NCBI RefSeq assembly: GCF_000039765.1
Contig: NC_004459.3
Span: 2,721,127 to 2,753,126 of the forward strand
Reading direction: 5' to 3'
DNA length: 32,000 nucleotides
Source of the DNA: Vibrio vulnificus CMCP6
GTDB taxonomy: Bacteria > Pseudomonadota > Gammaproteobacteria > Enterobacterales > Vibrionaceae
Part shown: positions 25,033-32,000 of the stretch, piece by piece
Numbering within the stretch: the stretch's first letter is position 1
How the letters are laid out: each line of letters opens with the position of its first letter
The notes under the pieces: model-generated
The model's input: only the letters and a program-made list of their open reading frames with translations
Databases searched by the model: none
Told to the model about the DNA's origin: nothing
Translations under genes and position numbers: made by a program

Positions 25033-25667
25033 CAGACTGGCTTTTCAACCAAAAGTTTAATACCAAGAGCCACCAAAACGGCCCCTGTTGCGCCTTCCAT
25101 CCATTTCATGAACTGCGCATTTTTCAAAAGATTTTTCGCTGAGTTCAACGCACCAGCCAACCCACATTGCCACACCATCGCTATGACGAAATGAATTCCC
25201 GCCATCGTCATTGATTGTAAGAGAGGTGAACCCTCTGGATTAACAAACTGTGGCAAAAACGCCAAATAGAAGACCGCCGTTTTAGGATTGAGCACATTCG
25301 ACAAAAAACCTTCTCGCAACGAGCGTTTTGCGTCGTAACTTTGCTGTGCCATCTGCGCGACGCTTAACCCTGCACCACTTGTCATCAAAGACTTCAAGCT
25401 ACTAAAGCCCAGCCAAATAAGGTAAGCCGCCCCGATCATTTTTACAAATTGAAACAGCTCCGCTGACTGCGCCAAAATGGCTGAAATCCCAATGGCAGAA
25501 AACAGCGCGTGCACAAACAAACCGCAGCAAATGCCTAAACTCGTCATGCAGCCATCTTGCAAGCCAGCACGAGTCGTATTGCGAATGACCAATGCCGTAT
25601 CTAGCCCCGGAGTTAACGTTAAGATGGTAATGGCGATTAAAAAGGCTTCAAAATTTAAAATGTCCAT
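25032..25667 (-). CDS. LysE/RhtB-family amino-acid exporter
   Basis: The product is 211 aa with six TMs. The N-terminus has LTPGLDTALV, and NPKTAVFYLAFLPQF is typical of the family. Confidence 0.88.
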   Translation of the reverse strand: MDILNFEAFLIAITILTLTPGLDTALVIRNTTRAGLQDGCMTSLGICCGLFVHALFSAIGISAILAQSAELFQFVKMIGAAYLIWLGFSSLKSLMTSGAGLSVAQMAQQSYDAKRSLREGFLSNVLNPKTAVFYLAFLPQFVNPEGSPLLQSMTMAGIHFVIAMVWQCGLAGALNSAKNLLKNAQFMKWMEGATGAVLVALGIKLLVEKPV

Positions 25668-25905
25668 ATATTGTCTGAATTATGTTGGAAGTGTGAAGAT
25701 CAATACTCTTTATTGATTCGTTACGCAAGCAAATCAAGGAACACGGCGTTGCCAGAGTGTTGTATAAATGAGATGAATTATGGAAAATGCACTTTTCGCT
25801 TTAAGTTATAAGCTTTAAAGCGTTACAGGAACCCTAATCACTCAGCGAAAACGCGCACAACGTAATTAGGGAGATATGGAAAGAATAACGATAAAGAGAC
25901 GTCAC

Positions 25906-27378
25906 ATGAGCGCATTTCAACAACTCCTAGACCACTCCCAGAAGGTCTCTCACTTTGAACATTTAAGTGCCATTGTAGGATGGGACCAAGCCGCAGTCAT
26001 GCCATCCGGAGGCGCTGAAGCGCGCTCAAACGCAATGGCAGAGCTGTCAGTACACATCCACTCTCTAATGACCCAACCACAGCTTGGTGATCTTTTTGCT
26101 AAGGCAGAAGAAGAAAATCTCTCTGTCGAACAAAGCGCGGTATTGCGTGAAATGAAACGAGACTGGCAACAAGCAAACCTGCTGCCAGAATCCTTAGTGC
26201 AAGCGCAATCTCTAGCGGGTTCTAAGTGTGAGCACGCGTGGCGCACTCAGCGTGGCAACAACGATTGGCAAGGTTTTGAAAAAAACTGGGCGGAAGTGGT
26301 GACATTGTCACGTGAAGAGGCACAAATTCGTGCTGAAGCAAAAGGCGTATCGGCTTATGATGCAATGCTGGATATCTACGAACCTGGCACCACCACAGCG
26401 TCACTTGACCAATTATTCAGTGATGTAAAAACGTGGTTGCCATCGATGATTGATCAAGCCATCGAAAAGCAAATATCCGGTCAGATCCAATTGCCAAATG
26501 GCCACTACCCTGCAGAAAAACAGAAAGCACTTGGCCTCGATGTAATGAAATTGCTTCAGTTTGATTTCGAACACGGGCGTCTCGATGAGAGCGTTCATCC
26601 TTTCTGTGGCGGCGTGCCTAGTGACGTGCGTATCACCACTCGATACGACGAAAAAGAGTTTGTGCAATCACTGATGGGCATTGTGCATGAAACGGGTCAC
26701 GCTCGGTATGAGCAAGGTTTGCCCAAAGCGTTCGCTGGAACATCCGCAGGCCAAGCACGCTCGATGGGCATTCATGAGTCACAATCACTGTTTTTTGAAA
26801 TGCAATTGGGCCGTAGCCCTGCATTTGTTGAGCATTTAGCACAACTCGCCACCAACTACTTCCAAGGTGACGAGTTCAAAACCGACAACCTTGCTAAAAT
26901 CTATACTCGTGTAGAAAAAGGCTATATTCGTGTCGATGCCGACGAGCTGACGTACCCAGCGCACGTGATTTTGCGTTATGAAATCGAACGAGATTTGATG
27001 AATGGCGTGATTAAGCACACCGACGTGCCAGAGCTTTGGAACGAGAAAATGAAGTCCTATCTCGGCCTATCAACCGAAGGCAACTACAAAAATGGTTGTA
27101 TGCAGGATATCCATTGGACAGATGGCTCATTTGGCTATTTCCCTTCATACACATTAGGGGCGATGTATGCGGCCCAGTTCATGGCAGCGATGAAGCAAAG
27201 CGTTGATGTAGACAGCGTTGTTCGTTCTGGCGATTTGACACCCATCTTCACGTGGCTATCAGACCATATTTGGAGCAAAGGCAGCTTGTTGACCACGGAC
27301 GAACTTGTTAAGCAGGCAACCGGAGAAACACTCAATGCGAAGTTTTTCCAAGCACACTTACAAGCTCGTTATCTGTAG
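25906..27378 (+). CDS. Carboxypeptidase, M32 family (Taq-like metallocarboxypeptidase)
   Basis: The HEXXH site IVHETGHARYEQG is present, along with HESQS, IRVDADELTY and HWTDGSFGYFPSYTLG. An alternative start at 25876 has an SD only 2 nt from the ATG, so I prefer 25906 (MSAFQQLL). Confidence 0.88.
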   Translation: MSAFQQLLDHSQKVSHFEHLSAIVGWDQAAVMPSGGAEARSNAMAELSVHIHSLMTQPQLGDLFAKAEEENLSVEQSAVLREMKRDWQQANLLPESLVQAQSLAGSKCEHAWRTQRGNNDWQGFEKNWAEVVTLSREEAQIRAEAKGVSAYDAMLDIYEPGTTTASLDQLFSDVKTWLPSMIDQAIEKQISGQIQLPNGHYPAEKQKALGLDVMKLLQFDFEHGRLDESVHPFCGGVPSDVRITTRYDEKEFVQSLMGIVHETGHARYEQGLPKAFAGTSAGQARSMGIHESQSLFFEMQLGRSPAFVEHLAQLATNYFQGDEFKTDNLAKIYTRVEKGYIRVDADELTYPAHVILRYEIERDLMNGVIKHTDVPELWNEKMKSYLGLSTEGNYKNGCMQDIHWTDGSFGYFPSYTLGAMYAAQFMAAMKQSVDVDSVVRSGDLTPIFTWLSDHIWSKGSLLTTDELVKQATGETLNAKFFQAHLQARYL

Positions 27379-27390
27379 CTGATCCCCTTC

Positions 27391-27420
27391 AAAGAGCAGC
27401 CATCGCTGCTCTTTGTTCTA
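27391..27420 (+). terminator. Rho-independent terminator
   Basis: AAAGAGCAGC-catc-GCTGCTCTTT forms a perfect 10 bp stem followed by GTT. Confidence 0.7.
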
Positions 27421-27594
27421 TGCACAAACAAAACCTATTATTTTCATTACGTTGCCATCCTTCTGTTAATCATTTTACCAATAATCTTCTTACTCTAATT
27501 CTTTTACCTTCGTTACAAAAATGTGAACAAATTACTTTATTAGAGCGATTACTTTAGTAGACTGCGAGCAAATCTTCTCATATCAGGGGGCCTC

Positions 27595-28353
27595 TTGCTC
27601 GCATTCATTCGCATTCTACTTGCCGCGATCTTTGTGGTGGTCACAACACTCTCCGCACTGATCTACTGCCTTTTTAGTCCAAGGGATCCCAAACACGTGC
27701 ATGTGTTTTGTCGCTGGTTTAATCAACTGCATAAAATCGTTGGAATGACCTTGATTCAGCGTGGCGCTGAACATGCTCGCCAAGATGGTCATGCCGTCTA
27801 CGTTTCCAACCATCAAAGTGTTTTTGATTTTGTCACCTCGCCTGGGATGTTACCTCCTCGAACGGTGACGATCGGCAAAAAAAGCCTACTGTGGGTGCCG
27901 TTCTTTGGCCAGCTGTACTGGATAACCGGTAACATTTTGATCGATAGAGAGAATAAGTCGAAAGCTCGCGATACCATCGCGCAAGTGGCAGAGGCAATTC
28001 AAACGCGGGATTTGTCTGTGTGGGTCTATCCTGAAGGAACTCGTAGTAAAGGCCGCGGGTTACTCCCTTTTAAAACGGGAGCCTTTCGTATGGCGATAGA
28101 AGCTGGCGTTCCTATTATTCCAATGTGTGTCAGCACCACGCACAACAAAATTGCGCTCAATCGCTGGAAAAATGGGGTTGTCATCACTGAAATGTTGCCC
28201 CCCATAGACACAAAGGGCTACACCCTCCAGCAAGCTCGTCAGTTGGCTGATCATTGTCATCAAATCATGGAGACAAAAATACGCGAACTGGATGAAGAGG
28301 TGGCAAAACTCGAAGCTGAGCAAAGATCACCGAGAAATCAAGCCAACGCTTAA
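27595..28353 (+). CDS. plsC: 1-acyl-sn-glycerol-3-phosphate acyltransferase
   Basis: The protein is colinear with E. coli PlsC from residue 1. Motifs NHQSVFD (H-x4-D), GKKSLLWVPFFGQ, YPEGTRS and PIIP are present. The TTG start at 27595 lies behind GGGGG. Confidence 0.92.
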   Translation: MLAFIRILLAAIFVVVTTLSALIYCLFSPRDPKHVHVFCRWFNQLHKIVGMTLIQRGAEHARQDGHAVYVSNHQSVFDFVTSPGMLPPRTVTIGKKSLLWVPFFGQLYWITGNILIDRENKSKARDTIAQVAEAIQTRDLSVWVYPEGTRSKGRGLLPFKTGAFRMAIEAGVPIIPMCVSTTHNKIALNRWKNGVVITEMLPPIDTKGYTLQQARQLADHCHQIMETKIRELDEEVAKLEAEQRSPRNQANA

Positions 28354-28360
28354 TGTGAAC

Positions 28361-28394
28361 ATAATGAGCCCATCAATTAGGATGGGCTCATTAT
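28361..28394. terminator. Hairpin between the convergent plsC and napH genes
   Basis: ATAATGAGCCCATC-aattag-GATGGGCTCATTAT forms a 14 bp perfect stem with AT-rich flanks. Confidence 0.6.
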
Positions 28395-28428
28395 TATTAA
28401 CGGCAGGATTGTTTTAGCGTAACGGACG

Positions 28429-29283
28429 TTACGCCTTGTCTTTGTCTTTGAAGCGATGTGTAAATACCAGCACGTTCTCGGGGCAAACATCAATACAACG
28501 TCCGCAACTGATGCAGTTTTGATCCATGACTCTTCTGTCCCCTTCTTTTAGTGGCTGCCGTAATACCTCTGGCTCTGGGCAAACATTGTAGCAATCCATA
28601 CACTTGGTGCATGCTTCTCGATTTTCCGCTGAGATTCTCAGAACACTTTTTCGTCCAATCACGCCATAAGTTGCACCGAGTGGGCACAGATGGCCGCACC
28701 AACCATGATCGACCAGCAGAAGATCAAGCACAAATACCAACAGGATCAGCACCCAGCCAGCGCCCATTCCAAAAAGAATGCCTCGATGCAGCGTGGCGAC
28801 AGGATCAATCCAAGCCCAAAGCACACTGCCTGAAGCTGCGCTGCCAATAAGCAGTGCGCCCAGGAGCCAATATCTCAGTTGAGCGTTCCAACGAAAGCTC
28901 GCCTTGATTTCCAGCTTACGCTTTAACCAAGCTGCAAGGTCTGTAACCACATTAAGCGGGCACACCCATGCACAAAATGCTCTAGGGCTGATGATGGCGT
29001 AAAAGACAACGACAATCAGAACGCCGAGTAGCGCATTGAATTCTGGAATATGCCCAGAAGCGACGATTTGTAAGAAAATCAGAGGGTCAGTCAGTGGAAT
29101 GGTGTCAAACAACATACTCGATGAAAGGTTGCCTTTAAGTATGTTTACCGTTGGGCTGAGTAAAAACAGACCAATAATGGAGAACTGAGCCAAACGTCTT
29201 AATATAAGGAAACGGTGAGCATGCCACCAACCTAACTTCTGTCTTGCTTCACAACCTGCATCTTTTGCTAAATTCTTCGCCAT
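28429..29283 (-). CDS. napH: NapH-type membrane-bound quinol dehydrogenase iron-sulfur subunit
   Basis: The protein is colinear with E. coli NapH. It has four TMs, two C-x3-C-P motifs (FCAWVCPLN, WCGHLCPLG), and two C-terminal ferredoxin motifs (CTKCMDCYNVCP, CISCGRCIDVCP). Confidence 0.92.
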   Translation of the reverse strand: MAKNLAKDAGCEARQKLGWWHAHRFLILRRLAQFSIIGLFLLSPTVNILKGNLSSSMLFDTIPLTDPLIFLQIVASGHIPEFNALLGVLIVVVFYAIISPRAFCAWVCPLNVVTDLAAWLKRKLEIKASFRWNAQLRYWLLGALLIGSAASGSVLWAWIDPVATLHRGILFGMGAGWVLILLVFVLDLLLVDHGWCGHLCPLGATYGVIGRKSVLRISAENREACTKCMDCYNVCPEPEVLRQPLKEGDRRVMDQNCISCGRCIDVCPENVLVFTHRFKDKDKA

Positions 29284-30056
29284 TATTTTGATCCTCCCAA
29301 GGTTTCCAACGCGCCAGTTGGCATATCACTGGTATCTGGGGCGGTGTTTTGCAATGGCTTGGTAATCTCCTCCCATCCAAGCTGGTAGTGGTCGCCTATT
29401 TTTCCTTGGGCGAGATCATGCGGAATGACTTTGATCGCAGCGACTTCGGTAATGCACGCCTGCTCACATTTACCGCAGCCAGTGCATTTATCCGAATGAA
29501 CGGTCGGGATCAACTTCGCGTGATAACCGGTTCTTTCATTTCGAACGTGCTCCAGCGTAATGGCCTCGTCGATAACAGGGCAAACTCGGTAGCAGACATC
29601 ACAGCGCAATCCCTGCCAGTTCAAGCAGCTTTCATGGTCAATTAAGACTGCTAACCCCATACGAGCATCATCAATATCCGTGAGATTCGGATCAAGCGCT
29701 CCACTTGGGCAGGCGACCACGCAAGGAATGTCTTCACACATTTCACATGGGATCTCCCGTGCATGAAAATAAGGTGTGCCCGACTCCACTGGGGAGAGTA
29801 ACGTCGCCAGCTTCAAGGTATCATACGGACACGCCTGAACACACAAACCACAACGGGTGCAGGCTTTTTCAAATTCCCCTTTGGGTAAGGCACCTGGCGG
29901 GCGAAGTGGAACGCCAGTACCACCACGAGCCTGGCTTTGCTTAGATTGCAGGCCGAGAACGGTGGCCGCTGCGCCAACGCCGGCAAATGTTCTAACGGAA
30001 TCGCGAAGAAATCGTCTTCGACTTTCGGATGTTTTTTTGCTGTTGCTTACACTCAT
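29283..30056 (-). CDS. napG: NapG-type periplasmic ferredoxin (Tat-exported, 4x[4Fe-4S])
   Basis: The Tat signal is [24 protein letters not shown]. Four cluster motifs are present ([46 protein letters not shown]). I place the start at the ATG at 30056 behind AGGTGA. The stop overlaps the napH start (TAATG). Confidence 0.9.
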   Translation of the reverse strand: MSVSNSKKTSESRRRFLRDSVRTFAGVGAAATVLGLQSKQSQARGGTGVPLRPPGALPKGEFEKACTRCGLCVQACPYDTLKLATLLSPVESGTPYFHAREIPCEMCEDIPCVVACPSGALDPNLTDIDDARMGLAVLIDHESCLNWQGLRCDVCYRVCPVIDEAITLEHVRNERTGYHAKLIPTVHSDKCTGCGKCEQACITEVAAIKVIPHDLAQGKIGDHYQLGWEEITKPLQNTAPDTSDMPTGALETLGGSK

Positions 30057-30192
30057 TGCTTCACCTATCGCCTTCATGTGTCGCACTTGTTTTATACTAG
30101 TTGTCCGCGCACAAAATCGCTGAAGATATAGGCGTAATGTAACTGGATGGCGTTCGTTTTCTATCACCCCAAAAGGGTAATCAAACACTTGA

Positions 30193-30206
30193 TTGAGTTA
30201 GATCAA
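30193..30206. promoter_or_regulatory. FNR-like box TTGAG-ttag-ATCAA upstream of napG
   Basis: It matches 9 of 10 positions of TTGAT-N4-ATCAA and is centred about 143 nt upstream of the napG ATG. No convincing -10 element sits at the class II distance. Confidence 0.35.
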
Positions 30207-30394
30207 ACGTCATTATTCAACTCTGACACTAAGCTCACGATTTTTGCCTGCTAAAGATGAAAGCCGCGAGCATTAAAACGGGTGAAGGAATGTTGCAATC
30301 AATCCACTAGAGCAACACCGTAAGGCATTCCGTCATGGTGTCGTCGCCGTGGATTGAAGGATTGAAGGAACCAGCAAGAGCAAAAGCACTGCGA

Positions 30395-31315
30395 TCAGAT
30401 AATCAGATCACCTTGCTGAAGAAAGCTGAATTCTTGGCTGTTTTTAGCAAATAACACGCAGATTTTAATCGGCTCGAGCTTCGCTTGTTGAATCTTTTCC
30501 GAGAGTTGTGCCGGAGTTTCATAACTCAAACGTTGGGCATCTCGACGCACCATTTCTAGAAAAGCAGGATGAATCTGCTCTGGTGCCAACACAAGCTCCG
30601 CTTTTTGCATATAACGAAGGGCTTTAATAGGTAACAGCTCAACATCTTCTGTGCAACCAATCCATGTGCATTGCGCAGTTCGTTGAAGCTCCCCTTTGAT
30701 TGCCTGTGCAAACAAGGTTTCAAGCTCTCTATGATTTTGTGACGATTTGACCTCTGGTAAGTCAAAAAACAGCTCCCAAAACATGCGACGTTCTTCGACT
30801 GTCGGGAATCGCTCTTTAACCGCCACACGTTTTGACTCGGCGAACTCCGCCAGCAAACTAAGATTTTGTGGCAAAACCGCTTCTAATGATTCTCTGAGAT
30901 TACGAATCAACACAGGGGAAGCACCACCACTGGATATGGCAATTTGCACTCGCCCACGCGAGATCATTGAAGGCGTAATGAAGTCACAATACGGTTTATC
31001 ATCCACGACGTTCACCAACAGATTGCGCTGTTTAGCGTCACGGTATACTTGATGGTTGAGAGACGGATTGTTGGTTGTCGCCCAGACTTGAACATAGGCC
31101 CCATCCATCAACTCAGATGAATAGAAATTTTTCACCCAGTAACAGCGGTTTTCCTCCACCCAACGGTGAAGCTCATCCACCAATGTCGGCGAGACGATCG
31201 TTACTTTCGCCCCGACATTTAACAGCGCTTCAATTTTACGACTGGCAACTTCCCCTCCTCCGACAACAAGTACGGGTTTGTTTTCTAGATCCATGAAAAG
31301 AGGAAAATATCGCAT
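30395..31315 (-). CDS. CysG-like precorrin-2 dehydrogenase/sirohydrochlorin ferrochelatase with a truncated, degenerate methyltransferase remnant
   Basis: The N-terminal ~200 aa are colinear with the CysG N-domain (MRYFPLFMDLENKPVLVVGGGEVASRKIEALL, ISSGGASPVL, ERRMFWELFF). The last ~100 aa align to the start of the SUMT domain (LVRRDA conserved), but GAGPGD reads GCTEDV and GGDP reads AKNS, and the domain stops early. Confidence 0.85.
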   Translation of the reverse strand: MRYFPLFMDLENKPVLVVGGGEVASRKIEALLNVGAKVTIVSPTLVDELHRWVEENRCYWVKNFYSSELMDGAYVQVWATTNNPSLNHQVYRDAKQRNLLVNVVDDKPYCDFITPSMISRGRVQIAISSGGASPVLIRNLRESLEAVLPQNLSLLAEFAESKRVAVKERFPTVEERRMFWELFFDLPEVKSSQNHRELETLFAQAIKGELQRTAQCTWIGCTEDVELLPIKALRYMQKAELVLAPEQIHPAFLEMVRRDAQRLSYETPAQLSEKIQQAKLEPIKICVLFAKNSQEFSFLQQGDLII

Positions 31316-31773
31316 TTAAATCCCTGTTTGTTCTTTATGACTAAAGCGCTCATCGTAGCAGATTTGGTGCATAAATATCATCACAAACCGATGTAACAAA
31401 TAATTTTTGTTCGAATTTCAAACACAAAGCAGTGAATAACTCCAAACAACAACCGCCATACAGCCCTTGATTCCATAATACTATTAATATAATTGACAAA
31501 AGCTCTCTTGCACTACTTCAGTAACCAATTGCACTATTTACATTCAGTTAACATTTGGTCATTCTAATTACCACAGGGTTTGTGATTCCTCTCAAAAATC
31601 TTTTTAAATTATACAGTTGAGAAATCAAAAATCCTTTCCTACGCTTATAAATAATTGATTTCCGAACAGCCGTTTTGAACGGAGGTCAATCAGTTAGGAC
31701 ACACACAACAACAATTGAGCACGTTGTATCAGGTGTTACCTGGTTTAACTTGGATCATACAGGAAGGATACAA

Positions 31774-32000
31774 ATGGCAAATAAACTCACTATTCTGGCT
31801 TCATTGGTAGCGGCATCTACTGCTATGTTGTCGTCAAATGCATTCGCTGCTGAAAGCACTCTAGACAAAGTGACAAAACAAGGTTTCTTAACTTGTGGTG
31901 TCAGTACTGGCCTACCAGGTTTCTCCAACCCTAACTCAAAAGGTGAATGGGAAGGTATTGACGTTGAATACTGCCAAGCGATTGCGGCGGCAGTGTTGGG
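31774..32000 (+). CDS. Amino-acid ABC transporter periplasmic substrate-binding protein (family 3, AapJ/BztA-like); 3' end lies outside the window
   Basis: AGGAAGGA lies upstream of the ATG at 31774. The Sec signal is MANKLTILASLVAASTAMLSSNAFA. The mature N-terminus reads LDKVTKQGFLTCGVSTGLPGFS...WEGIDVEYCQAIAAAV. Confidence 0.85.
   Translation, partial: MANKLTILASLVAASTAMLSSNAFAAESTLDKVTKQGFLTCGVSTGLPGFSNPNSKGEWEGIDVEYCQAIAAAVL

Noticed and set aside
30057-30188. A 44-codon N-terminal extension of napG in the ORF track
   Set aside because: NapG homologues begin just before the twin-arginine motif. The ATG at 30056 has an AGGTGA SD, and the extension would bury the Tat signal. Similar track extensions were trimmed for zwf, pgl, the TolC gene, the OMP gene and the P-loop kinase gene.
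30351-30369. A tandem GGATTGAA GGATTGAA GGA repeat downstream of the cysG-like gene
   Set aside because: It has only two and a bit copies of an 8-mer, with no flanking structure. This is most simply a slippage duplication with no evident function.
1-32000. A search by eye for CRISPR arrays, integron attC/VCR repeats, IS inverted repeats, integrase or transposase genes, tRNA/rRNA genes and known defence-system genes
   Set aside because: I saw none. All ORFs of 150 aa or more are accounted for by metabolic, transport, envelope or regulatory families, so I do not claim a defence island or mobile element here.

Overview
This 32 kb window reads as ordinary chromosomal DNA from a Vibrionaceae-like gammaproteobacterium. 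That assignment is an inference from the protein families and from a tandem glycine riboswitch whose second aptamer closely matches, as far as I recall it, the Vibrio cholerae VC1422 element. Left to right it contains:
- The 3' end of an exopolysaccharide locus: a Wzz/GumC-like co-polymerase, a GT4 and a GT2 glycosyltransferase, and a priming sugar-phosphate transferase.
- A DUF1289 gene and a P-loop kinase gene.
- Several small or hypothetical genes: a membrane protein, a VOC/glyoxalase-fold protein, an outer-membrane beta-barrel, and three very small genes with their own terminators.
- The zwf-pgl-gnd operon.
- A CitA/DcuS-CitB/DcuR-type two-component system.
- A long intergenic region holding one tiny ORF.
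- A TolC-HlyD-ABC2-ABC2 efflux operon that encodes no ATPase.
- A LuxR-type regulator.
- A pair formed by a small membrane protein and a coiled-coil membrane protein.
- A tandem glycine riboswitch driving an alanine/glycine:cation symporter.
- A LysE exporter translationally coupled to an unknown exported protein.
- An M32 carboxypeptidase and plsC.
- A stand-alone napG-napH pair.
- A CysG-like protein whose methyltransferase domain is truncated and degenerate.
- The start of an amino-acid ABC substrate-binding protein.

I found no tRNA or rRNA genes, CRISPR arrays, IS elements, integrases, integron repeats or recognisable phage-defence genes. I cannot point to a convincing new system with confidence. 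The best candidates for follow-up are the ATPase-less efflux cluster with its surrounding regulators, the napGH plus degenerate-cysG neighbourhood, several small genes missing from the ORF track (52 aa and 45 aa), and a possible sRNA downstream of the LuxR gene. All functional calls rest on motif and family recognition by eye. No database search or computation was run.
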